Origin: Candidatus Eiseniibacteriota bacterium
GTDB lineage: Bacteria > Eisenbacteria > RBG-16-71-46 > SZUA-252
Length of the DNA: 23,580 nt
Assembly: GCA_031370645.1 (NCBI GenBank)
Contig: JANMQV010000216.1
Location: forward strand, 1 to 23,580
Direction of reading: 5' to 3'
In this document: positions 7,986-19,980 of the stretch, piece by piece
How positions within the stretch are numbered: position 1 is the stretch's first letter
Layout of the letters: each line of letters begins with the position of its first letter
The notes under the pieces: generated by a model
Told to the model about the DNA's origin: nothing
The model's database searches: none
Seen by the model: the letters and a program-made list of their open reading frames with translations, nothing else
Position numbers and translations under genes: made by a program

Positions 7986-8371
7986 GAGGGCGCTCCCGGT
8001 GGAGGGCCGAACATCAGTCGCGCGAACCAGACCGCGAAGAACGCGGAGACCGCGGCACCGATCCAGGCCGCGCCTCCTCCGTCGCTACCGATCGCGGCGC
8101 GCACCAGTGTCGTCGTGGCGATAAAGAAGAACGTGAGGTTCGCGACGACAACGGGGCGGCCGTAGATGCCGCCGATCGCGGTGAATCGTGTCATCCAGTC
8201 GAGCATGCCGAGCGCGAAGAACGAACCGCCCAGCAATTTCATGACCACGGGGCTCGTCAGTTCGCCTGCCTTCGAGACGAGCGCCCCCAGTTCTTGCGGA
8301 AGAAAAAGGGCCGCGACTCCCAACGCCATGAGGAGCACCGCAGCGGCGAAAAGGCTCGGTTGCGGTTTCAT
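7982..8371 (-). CDS. Small 4-TM membrane protein
   Basis: 129 aa with four hydrophobic helices and a GGIYGRPVVVAN motif. GAGGGAG RBS. Confidence 0.8.
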   Translation of the reverse strand: MKPQPSLFAAAVLLMALGVAALFLPQELGALVSKAGELTSPVVMKLLGGSFFALGMLDWMTRFTAIGGIYGRPVVVANLTFFFIATTTLVRAAIGSDGGGAAWIGAAVSAFFAVWFARLMFGPPPGAPS

Positions 8372-8378
8372 GCTCCCT

Positions 8379-11246
<2,868 letters not shown>

Positions 11247-11257
11247 GAGCGGCGATT

Positions 11258-12259
11258 CTACCGCTTCTTCTGGTAGTAAGGCCACGCCTCCGCGTCGCCG
11301 GCCCAGCGGGGGGCGTAAATGCAGAGAACCACCAGAATCACGAGTTCCACGAGGTAGGCGAGGAGCGATGCCTCGAACCCGTAACTGCCGCCGGTCCAGA
11401 GCGTGGGGCCTTTGAGCTCGGTGGAGAAAAGCGCGCCGGGTGAGAGCATGCCGCTGTCGCGCATGCCGAATCCGAGCGCCGCCACCAAGTTCCACCCCGC
11501 GTGATAGCCGCAGGCGAGCCAGAGCGATCCGGTTCGCGCGGCGAGGAGAGCCAGAAGTACCCCATTCGCGGCGGTGATGATGAGGCCCGCCGGGTTCGCC
11601 CCCGGATTTCCCGCGTGGACGAGACCGAAGATTGCTCCCGAAATGATCGACGCGACCCACGGCCCGCCCATGGCGCCGATCGCCTGCATGAAGTAGCCGC
11701 GGAGCACGAGCTCTTCCCAACTCGAGAGGAGCGCCGTCGCGATGAACATCGGAAGCGTTACCGCGAGGAGATCGGGCGTCACGCGTGTGATGGTGGCGAT
11801 GCCGACGGCGGCGAGGCCCCAGGCGACGAGCGCCGGTGTGAGACCACCGAAAAAGAGTCCGATCGTCACGCGGCGGAGAAGGCCGGGAGCGAGGCCGAAT
11901 CCCACCGTGCGGAGTCCGCGTCCCTCGAACAAGCGGAGCGAGAGCCAGGTGACGCTTGTGGCCAGAAATACCAACACCGCGCCGACGGCCAGGAGCGGAA
12001 TGGGGTTCTCCATTTCCTCCCTCATGCCGCGCGGCAGTCCCGTCAATTTCCAGATGACTTGAATCACGATCGCCCCGCCAATAAGGAGCACGAGGAATCC
12101 GATGAGACGGAAGGCGGGGTGAAGGCGGCGAATCAGGGGGAGTTGAACTGCCTCGGGCGGGATCGGCAGCTCGGGCGGTCCAATCGGATCGAATGGGGCG
12201 CCCGGAACCGGCGTCGAATGCGGCACCGCGACCGGCTCGTTCCCCGGCTCCTCGTTCAC
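11258..12259 (-). CDS. CPBP (CAAX/Abi) family intramembrane glutamic endopeptidase
   Basis: EELVLRGY (EExxxR), FGLVH and HAGWN motifs in a polytopic protein. GTG 12259 overlaps the upstream stop (GTGA). Confidence 0.9.
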   Translation of the reverse strand: MNEEPGNEPVAVPHSTPVPGAPFDPIGPPELPIPPEAVQLPLIRRLHPAFRLIGFLVLLIGGAIVIQVIWKLTGLPRGMREEMENPIPLLAVGAVLVFLATSVTWLSLRLFEGRGLRTVGFGLAPGLLRRVTIGLFFGGLTPALVAWGLAAVGIATITRVTPDLLAVTLPMFIATALLSSWEELVLRGYFMQAIGAMGGPWVASIISGAIFGLVHAGNPGANPAGLIITAANGVLLALLAARTGSLWLACGYHAGWNLVAALGFGMRDSGMLSPGALFSTELKGPTLWTGGSYGFEASLLAYLVELVILVVLCIYAPRWAGDAEAWPYYQKKR

Positions 12260-13440
12260 GATCCCACCAATCTTCCCACGAGATCCTTCGCGCGAAACGG
12301 CCCCGGCTCGGCGATCAGCGCGCGGGCGGCGGCGACTTGCCCCCAAGTGTTCCAGAGAAGCACTCCGCGAACCCGGCCTTTAGCGAGGTAGTAGACCACG
12401 CCCTCGCGAAACGGCGTATTCCAATCGGCCACGACTTCGCCGCGCGGATCCATCTCGCCCACGGCTTCATAGCCGAGGTCGAAGAGATCGGAGTAGAAAA
12501 AGGGGAGATGGGTGTAGGGCGTGGCGTCGCCCGCCATGGAGCGCCCCGCGGCGCGGCCCATCGTGTTGGCGTTGTCTTCGTGCTCCACCCGAATGCGGGC
12601 CCCGAGCGCGGGGACGGCGAAGTTCGCGACGTCGCCGGCGGCGAAGACATCGGGGTTCGAGGTCCGAAGCCGGTCATCCACCACGATGCCGTTATCGACG
12701 GTGAGTCCCGCCGCGGCCGCGAGTTCGGTGTTCGGCGTGATGCCGATCCCCGCGACCACGGAATCAACCGCGAGCTCGGCACCGCTCTTCATCTGCACGA
12801 CAACTTGTGCCCCGCGTTCGCTCATTCCGGTCACTTGCTCGCCGGGGCGGACGTCGACGCCCTTTTCACGGTACGTACCGACGAGGAATCGCGCCAGATC
12901 GGCGGGGAAGAGGCGCGAGCCGATTCCGTCGTCGGGGAAGAGCATCGTGACCTTTCGCCCCTGCATCGCGAGTGCGGCCGCGACTTCGGAACCGATGAAG
13001 CCGCCGCCGATCACCGCGAACGATTTTCCTTCGTCCGAGAGCGCGCGGAGTCGGCGATAGTCGCCGAGAGTGCGGAAGTAGATGACGCGGTCCCCGCCGA
13101 ACGGGAGTCGGCGCGCCGTGCCGCCCGTGGCGAGCAGAAGTTTGTCGAAGGTGGAGGTCGCGCCGCGATCGTCGGTCACGCGCTTCCCCGCGAGGTCGAG
13201 GCTGGTCACCAGACGACCAAGGTGAAGTTCAGCGCCCGTCTCGCCCGTCTTTCGCCAGACACTCTCGAGCGCGTCTCCCTTCCAAAGCCCCTTCGAGAGC
13301 GGCGGTCGAGCGTACGGCGAATCCTCTTCCGCTCCAATCAAGCCGATCGGCACCGTGGCGTCGAGTTCGCGAATGCCGCGCACGGCGGCGTCCGCGGTCA
13401 TACCACCGCCGATGATCAGGTACCGGTAGTGAGTCGTCAT
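12256..13440 (-). CDS. NAD(P)/FAD-dependent oxidoreductase (ferredoxin reductase/AIF-like)
   Basis: YLIIGGG, PYARPPLSKGLW, LLLATGG, GGGFIGSE, VFAAGDVA, FFYSD. ATG 13440 lies in an ATGA overlap. Confidence 0.92.
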   Translation of the reverse strand: MTTHYRYLIIGGGMTADAAVRGIRELDATVPIGLIGAEEDSPYARPPLSKGLWKGDALESVWRKTGETGAELHLGRLVTSLDLAGKRVTDDRGATSTFDKLLLATGGTARRLPFGGDRVIYFRTLGDYRRLRALSDEGKSFAVIGGGFIGSEVAAALAMQGRKVTMLFPDDGIGSRLFPADLARFLVGTYREKGVDVRPGEQVTGMSERGAQVVVQMKSGAELAVDSVVAGIGITPNTELAAAAGLTVDNGIVVDDRLRTSNPDVFAAGDVANFAVPALGARIRVEHEDNANTMGRAAGRSMAGDATPYTHLPFFYSDLFDLGYEAVGEMDPRGEVVADWNTPFREGVVYYLAKGRVRGVLLWNTWGQVAAARALIAEPGPFRAKDLVGRLVGS

Positions 13441-13997
13441 GTGGTGGCTCCCTGATGTGGTGCGGGACGTGGAAGCGTGTAGGTCCATTCGTCGCTCTCC
13501 GATCCCTTGAAGTGGTCGGCGTTCTTCTTGAGGGAGCCGCGCTTGAATCCGAGCCGCTCGAGAAGCGCGATCGAGGCGGCATTCCGCGTGTCCAACTCGG
13601 CGCGCACTTCCGAGGCCCCCTGCTCAAATAGCGCTTCAATCACCCGCCTACACGCCTCGGTGGCGTATCCGCGCCGCCAGTACGGCGCGCCGATCTCATA
13701 GGCGAGCTGCGCGCGGCCATCGCGCGGGAGCGTCACCTGCACGGTGCCGACGCAGATGCCGTCGGACTTCAAGCGCGCCGCCCAGTTAAGCCACGCTTCG
13801 TCGCCGTCGGGGGAGCTCCGCAATTCGAGAAACTTGTAACGCGCCTCCAACTTCTCAAGGGACTCCGGCGGATCCTGCGGCACGTAGCGATACATGGCCG
13901 GGTCGGAGAAGATCTCGAACAACTCGGCCGCGTGCGTTTCGCGGAGCGGTTCGAGCCGGAGCCGCTCCGTTTCGAACACCGTCTCTCCGAGACTCAC
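13437..13997 (-). CDS. GNAT acetyltransferase, RimJ/RimL type
   Basis: ETERLRLEPL, YWRRGYATEA, RNAASIALLERLGF. AAGGA RBS before the GTG. Confidence 0.9.
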   Translation of the reverse strand: MSLGETVFETERLRLEPLRETHAAELFEIFSDPAMYRYVPQDPPESLEKLEARYKFLELRSSPDGDEAWLNWAARLKSDGICVGTVQVTLPRDGRAQLAYEIGAPYWRRGYATEACRRVIEALFEQGASEVRAELDTRNAASIALLERLGFKRGSLKKNADHFKGSESDEWTYTLPRPAPHQGATT

Positions 13998-14009
13998 CCG
14001 CGCATCCTT

Positions 14010-14882
14010 CTACTGTCCGGCCTTCCGCTCCAGGAGACAGACCGCGGACCAAGGTTGCGCTCCCTGGCGCCCCGTCGATTCCGGAAGGAGCGCGAAGAGC
14101 CGCAGAAGCCACGGGAGCCGGCCGACGCGCGCCGCTTCCTTCAGGAACGAACGGACCGCCACCGGATGCCACCCGAATTTCTCGAAGAACGGAGGGCCCT
14201 CTTCGGGGCCGAACTTGAACGGCGCGTTCGCTTTCGTCAGGTGATCCTTGCTCGCCCGCGACATGATCTTCAAGAGTCCCGGGGAGCCGAGGTCGATGAT
14301 CCACTTCCCGAGCGAGCCGCCGACGGCCGAGAGATCGCCGGCGAGGGAACCAACCTCTTCCGGCGCGAGATAGATGAGGAGCCCCTCGCACATGACGAGT
14401 GTTCGCTTGGCGCTCCCCGCCAGCCGAGCGAAGAGTTCCCGGCGAGCCGGCACGTTCGCGAGGTCGAGCCGCACCCGTTCGAGCGCGCAGACGGGACGCT
14501 CTCCCGCGAGGATTCCCTCCTTATAGTCGAAGATCTCGGGGAGATCGACCTCCACCCAGCGGAGCGACTTCGGAAGTTGCATGCGGTAGGGCCGCGCGTC
14601 GAGCCCGGCCGCCATGTTCACGACCAGATCGGTGCCCGCCACCACCTCCGCCTCGATCATTTGATCGAAGAGGAGCGTGCGCGCGATCAGGGGCCAGTCG
14701 CCGCGCGAAGCGAGTTTCACGGTCGCGGCGATCTGCTCGCCCCGCTCTCCGGCAAGCCGGCGCGCGAAGGGGTCGCGAAAGAGCGGATTTTGGCGTTCCG
14801 TCTCGCGGGCGCGGTAGGCCGCCACCCAGCGCGCGGTGTCGGAGATATTTCGGATGAGCGGTTCTGTTTCGGGTGTCGCCAT
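14010..14882 (-). CDS. SAM-dependent methyltransferase, LCM/TIGR00027-like
   Basis: TARWVAAYRA, DPFARRLAG, MAAGLDARPYR, WVEVDLP, CEGLLIYL. Confidence 0.9.
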   Translation of the reverse strand: MATPETEPLIRNISDTARWVAAYRARETERQNPLFRDPFARRLAGERGEQIAATVKLASRGDWPLIARTLLFDQMIEAEVVAGTDLVVNMAAGLDARPYRMQLPKSLRWVEVDLPEIFDYKEGILAGERPVCALERVRLDLANVPARRELFARLAGSAKRTLVMCEGLLIYLAPEEVGSLAGDLSAVGGSLGKWIIDLGSPGLLKIMSRASKDHLTKANAPFKFGPEEGPPFFEKFGWHPVAVRSFLKEAARVGRLPWLLRLFALLPESTGRQGAQPWSAVCLLERKAGQ

Positions 14883-14892
14883 CGTCTCGATC

Positions 14893-15969
14893 CTATCCTT
14901 TTCGAGGCGCGGAGGTGCGGCTCACCCCCTCCGCGAGGAGTCCGCGGAAGGCTTCCGCGTCGTGCGAGGCGACGGCGGCCACCACCCGGGCGAGCGCCGC
15001 GCGAAGTCGTTCCAGCGCCGCCGCCGAATGGGGATTGCTCGCCTGGATCTCATAGTAGACGTCCGGGCTCTCCCGCACGACCGCCGAGGCGAGCGACTCC
15101 AGCGCCTGAAACGTCGTGCTCCGCATCGGATGCTCGGTCTGCGGAAGTGCCAGGGAGAACGCGATGGCGGTGGCGTGGGCGAGGCTCATGAGGTCCGCCA
15201 TGATGCGATCGTGCTCTTCGAGCGGTAGCGGCACGACGCGCGCGGTCGTGGAACGGAAGAGTGACTCGACGACGGCGGTGGCCCTCGCGTCGCCCGTATC
15301 GCAAATCACGACGTCGGCGTCGCGGAGGAGGAGGATCGACGGCCCGAACATCGGGTGAATCGAGGCGACGCGCCCACCCGCGCGCTGAAGGGCGCGGATC
15401 GATTGCACGAGCGGCGTCTTGATGCTGGCGATGTCGACGACCACTCCGGCAAGCGGCTTCTTCGACCACTCGGCGTAGAGCGCGGCGGTCGCGGCGGGCG
15501 GTGTCGAGCAGACGACGAGATCCGCGGTCGGCAAGGTGCGTTTGGCCCACTCGTTCTCTTCGGGATTGCCCGCGGGATCGAGCGCGCCGGTGTCGAATCC
15601 CTGCGCCGAAAGAAATCGGCAGAGCCAGCGCCCCATCCGGCCGGCGCCACCGACGACCACGGCGCTCTTCCCCGCGCCGACGGCCGCGACGCGCATCCGC
15701 TCCTCGTCCTGCACCCGCACCGACGCGCGAATGAGCCGCGCGATCAGATCCTCGGCGACGTCCGTGTCGAGGCCCAATTCCTTGGCGTCGGCGCGCGCGC
15801 GCTCCAGCACGATCCGCTCTTGCGCGTAGTCGACCGTCGAGAGATTCAGGCGATGCTTGATCTCCCCCACCTGCCGCACCAGCGCCACTCGCTCCGCGGC
15901 GCGCGCCAGAAGTTCGCGGTCGATGAGCCGGATCCGTTCGCGCAGTTCTTCGAGGGTTTCTTCGGCCAT
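14893..15969 (-). CDS. tyrA: Bifunctional chorismate mutase / prephenate dehydrogenase (T-protein-like)
   Basis: N-terminal AroQ-type LEELRERIRLIDRELL...R....VGEIK, then GGAGRMG, DIASIK, SIHPMFGP, EEHDRIMA..MSLAH. Confidence 0.85.
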   Translation of the reverse strand: MAEETLEELRERIRLIDRELLARAAERVALVRQVGEIKHRLNLSTVDYAQERIVLERARADAKELGLDTDVAEDLIARLIRASVRVQDEERMRVAAVGAGKSAVVVGGAGRMGRWLCRFLSAQGFDTGALDPAGNPEENEWAKRTLPTADLVVCSTPPAATAALYAEWSKKPLAGVVVDIASIKTPLVQSIRALQRAGGRVASIHPMFGPSILLLRDADVVICDTGDARATAVVESLFRSTTARVVPLPLEEHDRIMADLMSLAHATAIAFSLALPQTEHPMRSTTFQALESLASAVVRESPDVYYEIQASNPHSAAALERLRAALARVVAAVASHDAEAFRGLLAEGVSRTSAPRKG

Positions 15970-15984
15970 CCTCGTCCTTTCCGC

Positions 15985-16575
15985 CTAGTGGCGGGCCAGC
16001 CGGAGTTCCAGGTGTCGCTTCACGTCGGGCCACTCCGTCGCGAGGATACTGTAGAGCACCGAGTCGCGCACGGTGCCGTCGCGACGCGCGAAGTGATGCC
16101 GGATCACGCCGTCTTTCTTGGCGCCGAGCGCTTCGATCGCGCGCTGGGAGGTGAAATTGAAATTGTCGGTGCGAAGGCCTACGACGGCGCAGCCTAGCGT
16201 ATCGAACGCATGGCCGAGGAGGAGGAGTTTGCAGGAGGTGTTCACGTGGCTTCGTTGCCACGTCTTCGCGTACCACGTGTAACCGATTTCGACACGGTCG
16301 GCGTTGGCGATGATGTCGTGGTAACGCGTGCTCCCGACGATCGCGCCGCTCGTCACCTCGCGCACGACCCAGGGAAGCATCGTGCCCGCCTTCTGTCCCG
16401 CGAGCGCGGCGTCGATGTAGGCGGCAATTTTATCCGGCTCGGGGACGGCGGTGAACCAGAGCTTCCAGAGGTCACCGTCCGACACGGCGGCGGCTATGGC
16501 GTCTCGGTGGTCGGGCGTGAGCGATTCGAGGCTGACGCCGTGTCCCGCCAGATTGATAGGCTTGGGGTCGATCAT
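15985..16575 (-). CDS. GNAT acetyltransferase, RimJ/RimL type
   Basis: VGSTRY, VEIGYTWY, QRSHVNT.CKLLLL.HAF, N..SQRAIEALGA..DG, RDSVLYSI...EWP. Confidence 0.9.
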   Translation of the reverse strand: MIDPKPINLAGHGVSLESLTPDHRDAIAAAVSDGDLWKLWFTAVPEPDKIAAYIDAALAGQKAGTMLPWVVREVTSGAIVGSTRYHDIIANADRVEIGYTWYAKTWQRSHVNTSCKLLLLGHAFDTLGCAVVGLRTDNFNFTSQRAIEALGAKKDGVIRHHFARRDGTVRDSVLYSILATEWPDVKRHLELRLARH

Positions 16576-16696
16576 GGCGCCTCATCTTATCCCCTCGGCC
16601 CCACGACGCCAATGCCGTGTTGCCGTGGGGCAGGGGGGTGTGGTGTCATCGACGAGAGGCGAATGCCTCGAGTCCCGCTTGTGGAAGGAGGATCAG

Positions 16697-17515
16697 ATGT
16701 CCTTACGATCGATGGGGGCCCGCGCTGCGATCATCGCGCTGGCCGCCGCCCTCTTCGCGCCCTGCTTGGTCCGCGCCCAATCGCTCTGGCTTCCGCGAGA
16801 CGCCGGGCAATCCGTGACGCTCGAGATCCTCAAGCCGGACTTCGATTACCCTTCGGCCGCGGGACAGGAGAGCTTCGGAACCGTCGCCCTCTGGCTTACG
16901 GCCCGGCTGCCGGTGAGAGAGAAACTCTCGCTCATCGTGCAGGTCCCGGCCTCGCATTACAGCGGGCCCGACAACTACACCCAATCCGAGACGGCGCTGG
17001 GAAATCTCTATTTTGGCATCGAGGGGCACGGCCCGATCTTCGGAGAACTCGGCGTGCACATCCCAACCTCCAGCGGCAACTCGTTCAGTGCACTAGCAAC
17101 GGGGTTGGTGAGCGACATCGGCCGGTGGGAGTCGTTCTACCACGACGTGCTATCGGTGCAGGCGGCCGTTCACGTTCATCGCGTCACCGAGTCGCACCTG
17201 ATGCTCGGTTTGAGACTCAGCGGCGACGTCTCGATTCCCACGGTCGGCCGCTCTGAGACGGAATTCATCGGCGGATTCGCGGGGCGGATTGGCTACGAAG
17301 ACGCGCGGGTCCGACTCGGCGGCGGAATCACGAACCGAATTCTCGTCACGGAGAACGTCCCCAAGTTCGCCGATCGGATGGAGCATCAGGTGGAGCTTCA
17401 CGCCGACGTGGGCTCCGGAACGTTTCGACCGGGAGTCGATGCACACTTCCCTCTGAAGGACATCAAGGACTTCGTCCCGATCGTCTACGGGGTGAACTTC
17501 CGGTACATCTTCTAG
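16697..17515 (+). CDS. Putative outer-membrane beta-barrel protein (272 aa)
   Basis: AAGGAGG RBS before ATG 16697. Signal peptide ending VRA-Q, alternating amphipathic strands, C-terminal YGVNFRYIF. Confidence 0.75.
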   Translation: MSLRSMGARAAIIALAAALFAPCLVRAQSLWLPRDAGQSVTLEILKPDFDYPSAAGQESFGTVALWLTARLPVREKLSLIVQVPASHYSGPDNYTQSETALGNLYFGIEGHGPIFGELGVHIPTSSGNSFSALATGLVSDIGRWESFYHDVLSVQAAVHVHRVTESHLMLGLRLSGDVSIPTVGRSETEFIGGFAGRIGYEDARVRLGGGITNRILVTENVPKFADRMEHQVELHADVGSGTFRPGVDAHFPLKDIKDFVPIVYGVNFRYIF

Positions 17516-17533
17516 CGCCGCGCGGGCCGACGG

Positions 17534-18013
17534 CTAACGGTAGGTCGTTCCCTCGTGCCGGAGCCATCCCGCGGGGTGGCGTCCGGAGGGATCGGCGTGC
17601 GTCCAGTGAAGCACTCCACCCGCCGCATTCCACTCGTACTCGCCGCGGAACGCCACGAGATCGCCCGCCTTTAGTCCCTCGATGCGCCGTGAGAGGTCGA
17701 TGTTGTGGGCGACGAGAAGTGTCTGCTTCGAATCGAGCCGAAGAATGAAGCGTTGGTGCCGGCTCCCGTCGGTGTCGTCCCTCAGGACTTTGGCGACGGT
17801 TCCTTCGCCTTCGACCTCAATGTTGCTCTCGCGCTGATCGTAAGCGCGGGCGAGAGCCGCGTCACCGGTGGGCGCGACGGTGGCGCGTTCGGATTCCGCC
17901 GCGTGGGGCGGTTCCTGTACGGCCGCGGAGTGATCGGCCGGAAGCGGACCACCGCAGTTGGTGAGCGTCGCAACGAGCCCGAGGGAGCCGACGTATCGCG
18001 GTAACCGCCTCAA
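17534..18013 (-). CDS. DUF3465 family exported protein
   Basis: RHQRFILRL, LLVAHNIDL, GEYEWN..GGVLHWTH.DP.GRH..GW. The TTG start is uncertain; possible lipobox LTNC. Confidence 0.85.
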   Translation of the reverse strand: MRRLPRYVGSLGLVATLTNCGGPLPADHSAAVQEPPHAAESERATVAPTGDAALARAYDQRESNIEVEGEGTVAKVLRDDTDGSRHQRFILRLDSKQTLLVAHNIDLSRRIEGLKAGDLVAFRGEYEWNAAGGVLHWTHADPSGRHPAGWLRHEGTTYR

Positions 18014-18023
18014 CGTCGGCGCC

Positions 18024-19085
18024 TTACTTTCCGGCCCGCGCCGCGGCGCAGAAGTCGTTCACCTGCTTGTCCGTCGTCGTGAACGACGTCACGAGCCGGA
18101 TGAAGCTGTCGTTCTCCGCGAGCCGCGTTCCCGGTGGAAGCGCGTCGATATACCAATCGTAGAACGCCGCGCCCGCCGCTTTCAGACGCGCGGCTGTCAC
18201 CTTCGGCATCACCACGAAGATCTCATTCGCCTGCGGCGTGCGGACGACGTGAATCCCCGGAACCTTCGCGATTCCCTCGGCCAGTTGCGCCGCTTTCTCA
18301 TTCGCGTGACGCGCCAGCTCGAGCCAATGCCCGCGCTCGAGCCAGCCCACGAACTGCGCGCCGAACAACCGCCCTTTTGAGACGAGATGCCCGGAGCGCT
18401 TCCGGCGATGAATGAAGTCCGTCGCCAACTCCTTCCGGAAGAAGATCACCGCCTCCGCGGCGAGCGCTCCGTTTTTCGTGGCCCCGAGCGTGAGTACGTC
18501 CACGCCGGCCTTCCAGGTGATATCCGCGGGGGCGCAGCCGAGCGAGGCGACCGCGTTCGAAAAGCGCGAGCCATCCATGTGGACGTGAAGCCCATGGCGG
18601 TGCGCCGTCTCACAGAGCGCCGTCAGTTCCGCCGGCGTGTGGACGATCCCGTTCTCCGAGGCCTGCGCCACGCTCACCGCCGCGGCGCGCGAATTGTGCG
18701 GCTCCTCGACGGTGCCGGAGCGGAAGTACGCATCCAAATGCCGCACTTCAAGTTGTTCGTCGCCCCGGGAAATACCCCGAACGCGGGCACCGCCGGAGAA
18801 GAATTCCGGCCCGGTCGATTCATCCAGGATCACGTGCGACTGGTCGTGGCAGAGAATCGTCTCCCACGGCTTCACCATGCAGGAGAGGGCGAGCGCGTTC
18901 GCGGCCGTGCCGGTGGCAACGAAGAACGCGTCGAGATCGCAGACGAAGGTCTCCCGAAGCGCCGCGACCGCGCGTTCGGTCCACTCGTCATGCCCGTAGC
19001 CGTACGTGTGGCCGGAGTTCGCGCGAGCGAGCATCTCCAACACTCGAGGCGAGGCGCCGGTCTGGTTGTCGCTTCCGAATTGCAT
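18024..19085 (-). CDS. ltaE: Low-specificity L-threonine aldolase (PLP-dependent)
   Basis: FGSDN, TGTAANALAL, HMDGSRFSNA, LTLGATKNG (PLP lysine), RLVTSF. Start 19085 (MQFGSDN) preferred; 19094 is the alternative. Confidence 0.9.
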   Translation of the reverse strand: MQFGSDNQTGASPRVLEMLARANSGHTYGYGHDEWTERAVAALRETFVCDLDAFFVATGTAANALALSCMVKPWETILCHDQSHVILDESTGPEFFSGGARVRGISRGDEQLEVRHLDAYFRSGTVEEPHNSRAAAVSVAQASENGIVHTPAELTALCETAHRHGLHVHMDGSRFSNAVASLGCAPADITWKAGVDVLTLGATKNGALAAEAVIFFRKELATDFIHRRKRSGHLVSKGRLFGAQFVGWLERGHWLELARHANEKAAQLAEGIAKVPGIHVVRTPQANEIFVVMPKVTAARLKAAGAAFYDWYIDALPPGTRLAENDSFIRLVTSFTTTDKQVNDFCAAARAGK

Positions 19086-19149
19086 ACCGGCCATGATATC
19101 GCGTCCGCGTCCGCTACGGGGAAGGCGAACGAGGGCCGAGCGACGCGGG

Positions 19150-19980
19150 TTACCTGGCCCTCACCCTCCGAACGGTGAGGCGGAGAAGCCCCGAGACCAT
19201 CGTCACGAGCAGCACCAGCACCAGGGCGCCGGTCCAAGCCTGCCGGTTCCAATCGTCGTAGGGCGCGCGGGCGTAGTCGAAGATGAAGACGGGGAGCGTC
19301 GCCATCGGCTCGTCGAGTTTGAGCGACCAGAATCGATTCCCGAGGGCGGTGAAGAGGAGCGGCGCGGTCTCGCCCGAGGCACGCGCGACCGCGAGCATGC
19401 ACGCGGTCATGATGCCCGGCCGGGCGGCGGGGAGTACGACCTGCTGGATCGTTTTCCAGCGCGGAGCGCCGAGAGCCAATGCGGCCTCCCGGTACGAGCG
19501 CGGCACGAGGAGCACCATCTCTTCGGTGCTTCGAATGATCGTCGGCAACATCAAGATCGCGAGCGCCACGCTCCCCGCTAGCGCCGAAAAGCGTCCCATC
19601 GGCACGACGACCAAACCGTACGCGGCGACACCGACCACGATCGACGGGACACCGCTCAGCACGTCGGTCGTGTAGCGGACCATCATCGCGAAGCGCCCGC
19701 GGCCGTATTCCGCGAGGTAGACGCCCGCGCCGACGCCGATCGGAACCGCCGCCGCGGCCGCCATCCCGACGATGACGAGGGTCCCGACGATCGCGTTCGC
19801 CACGCCCCCGCCGAGTTCGCCCACCGGCTTTGGCATATGCGTGAAAAAGGCGAGGTTGAGTCCCGAGAGTCCCTTCCCCAAGAGATGCGCGACGATGAAG
19901 ACGAGCGGGAGCACCACGAGCCCGGCCGCCACGTAGCAGGCGGCGATGACCGCCATGTTCCAGATCCGGCGCCGGCGCAT
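19150..19980 (-). CDS. pstA: Phosphate ABC transporter permease PstA
   Basis: GGVANAIVGT, LSGVPSIVVG, YREAALALGA, ARASGETAPLLFT. The ATG overlaps the pstC stop (TGATG). Confidence 0.95.
   Translation of the reverse strand: MRRRRIWNMAVIAACYVAAGLVVLPLVFIVAHLLGKGLSGLNLAFFTHMPKPVGELGGGVANAIVGTLVIVGMAAAAAVPIGVGAGVYLAEYGRGRFAMMVRYTTDVLSGVPSIVVGVAAYGLVVVPMGRFSALAGSVALAILMLPTIIRSTEEMVLLVPRSYREAALALGAPRWKTIQQVVLPAARPGIMTACMLAVARASGETAPLLFTALGNRFWSLKLDEPMATLPVFIFDYARAPYDDWNRQAWTGALVLVLLVTMVSGLLRLTVRRVRAR

Noticed and set aside
11247..11720. 158-aa N-terminal extension of the kinase (track ORF of 1113 aa)
   Set aside because: Arg-rich off-frame read-through of the CPBP gene; ATG 11246 gives a normal kinase start.
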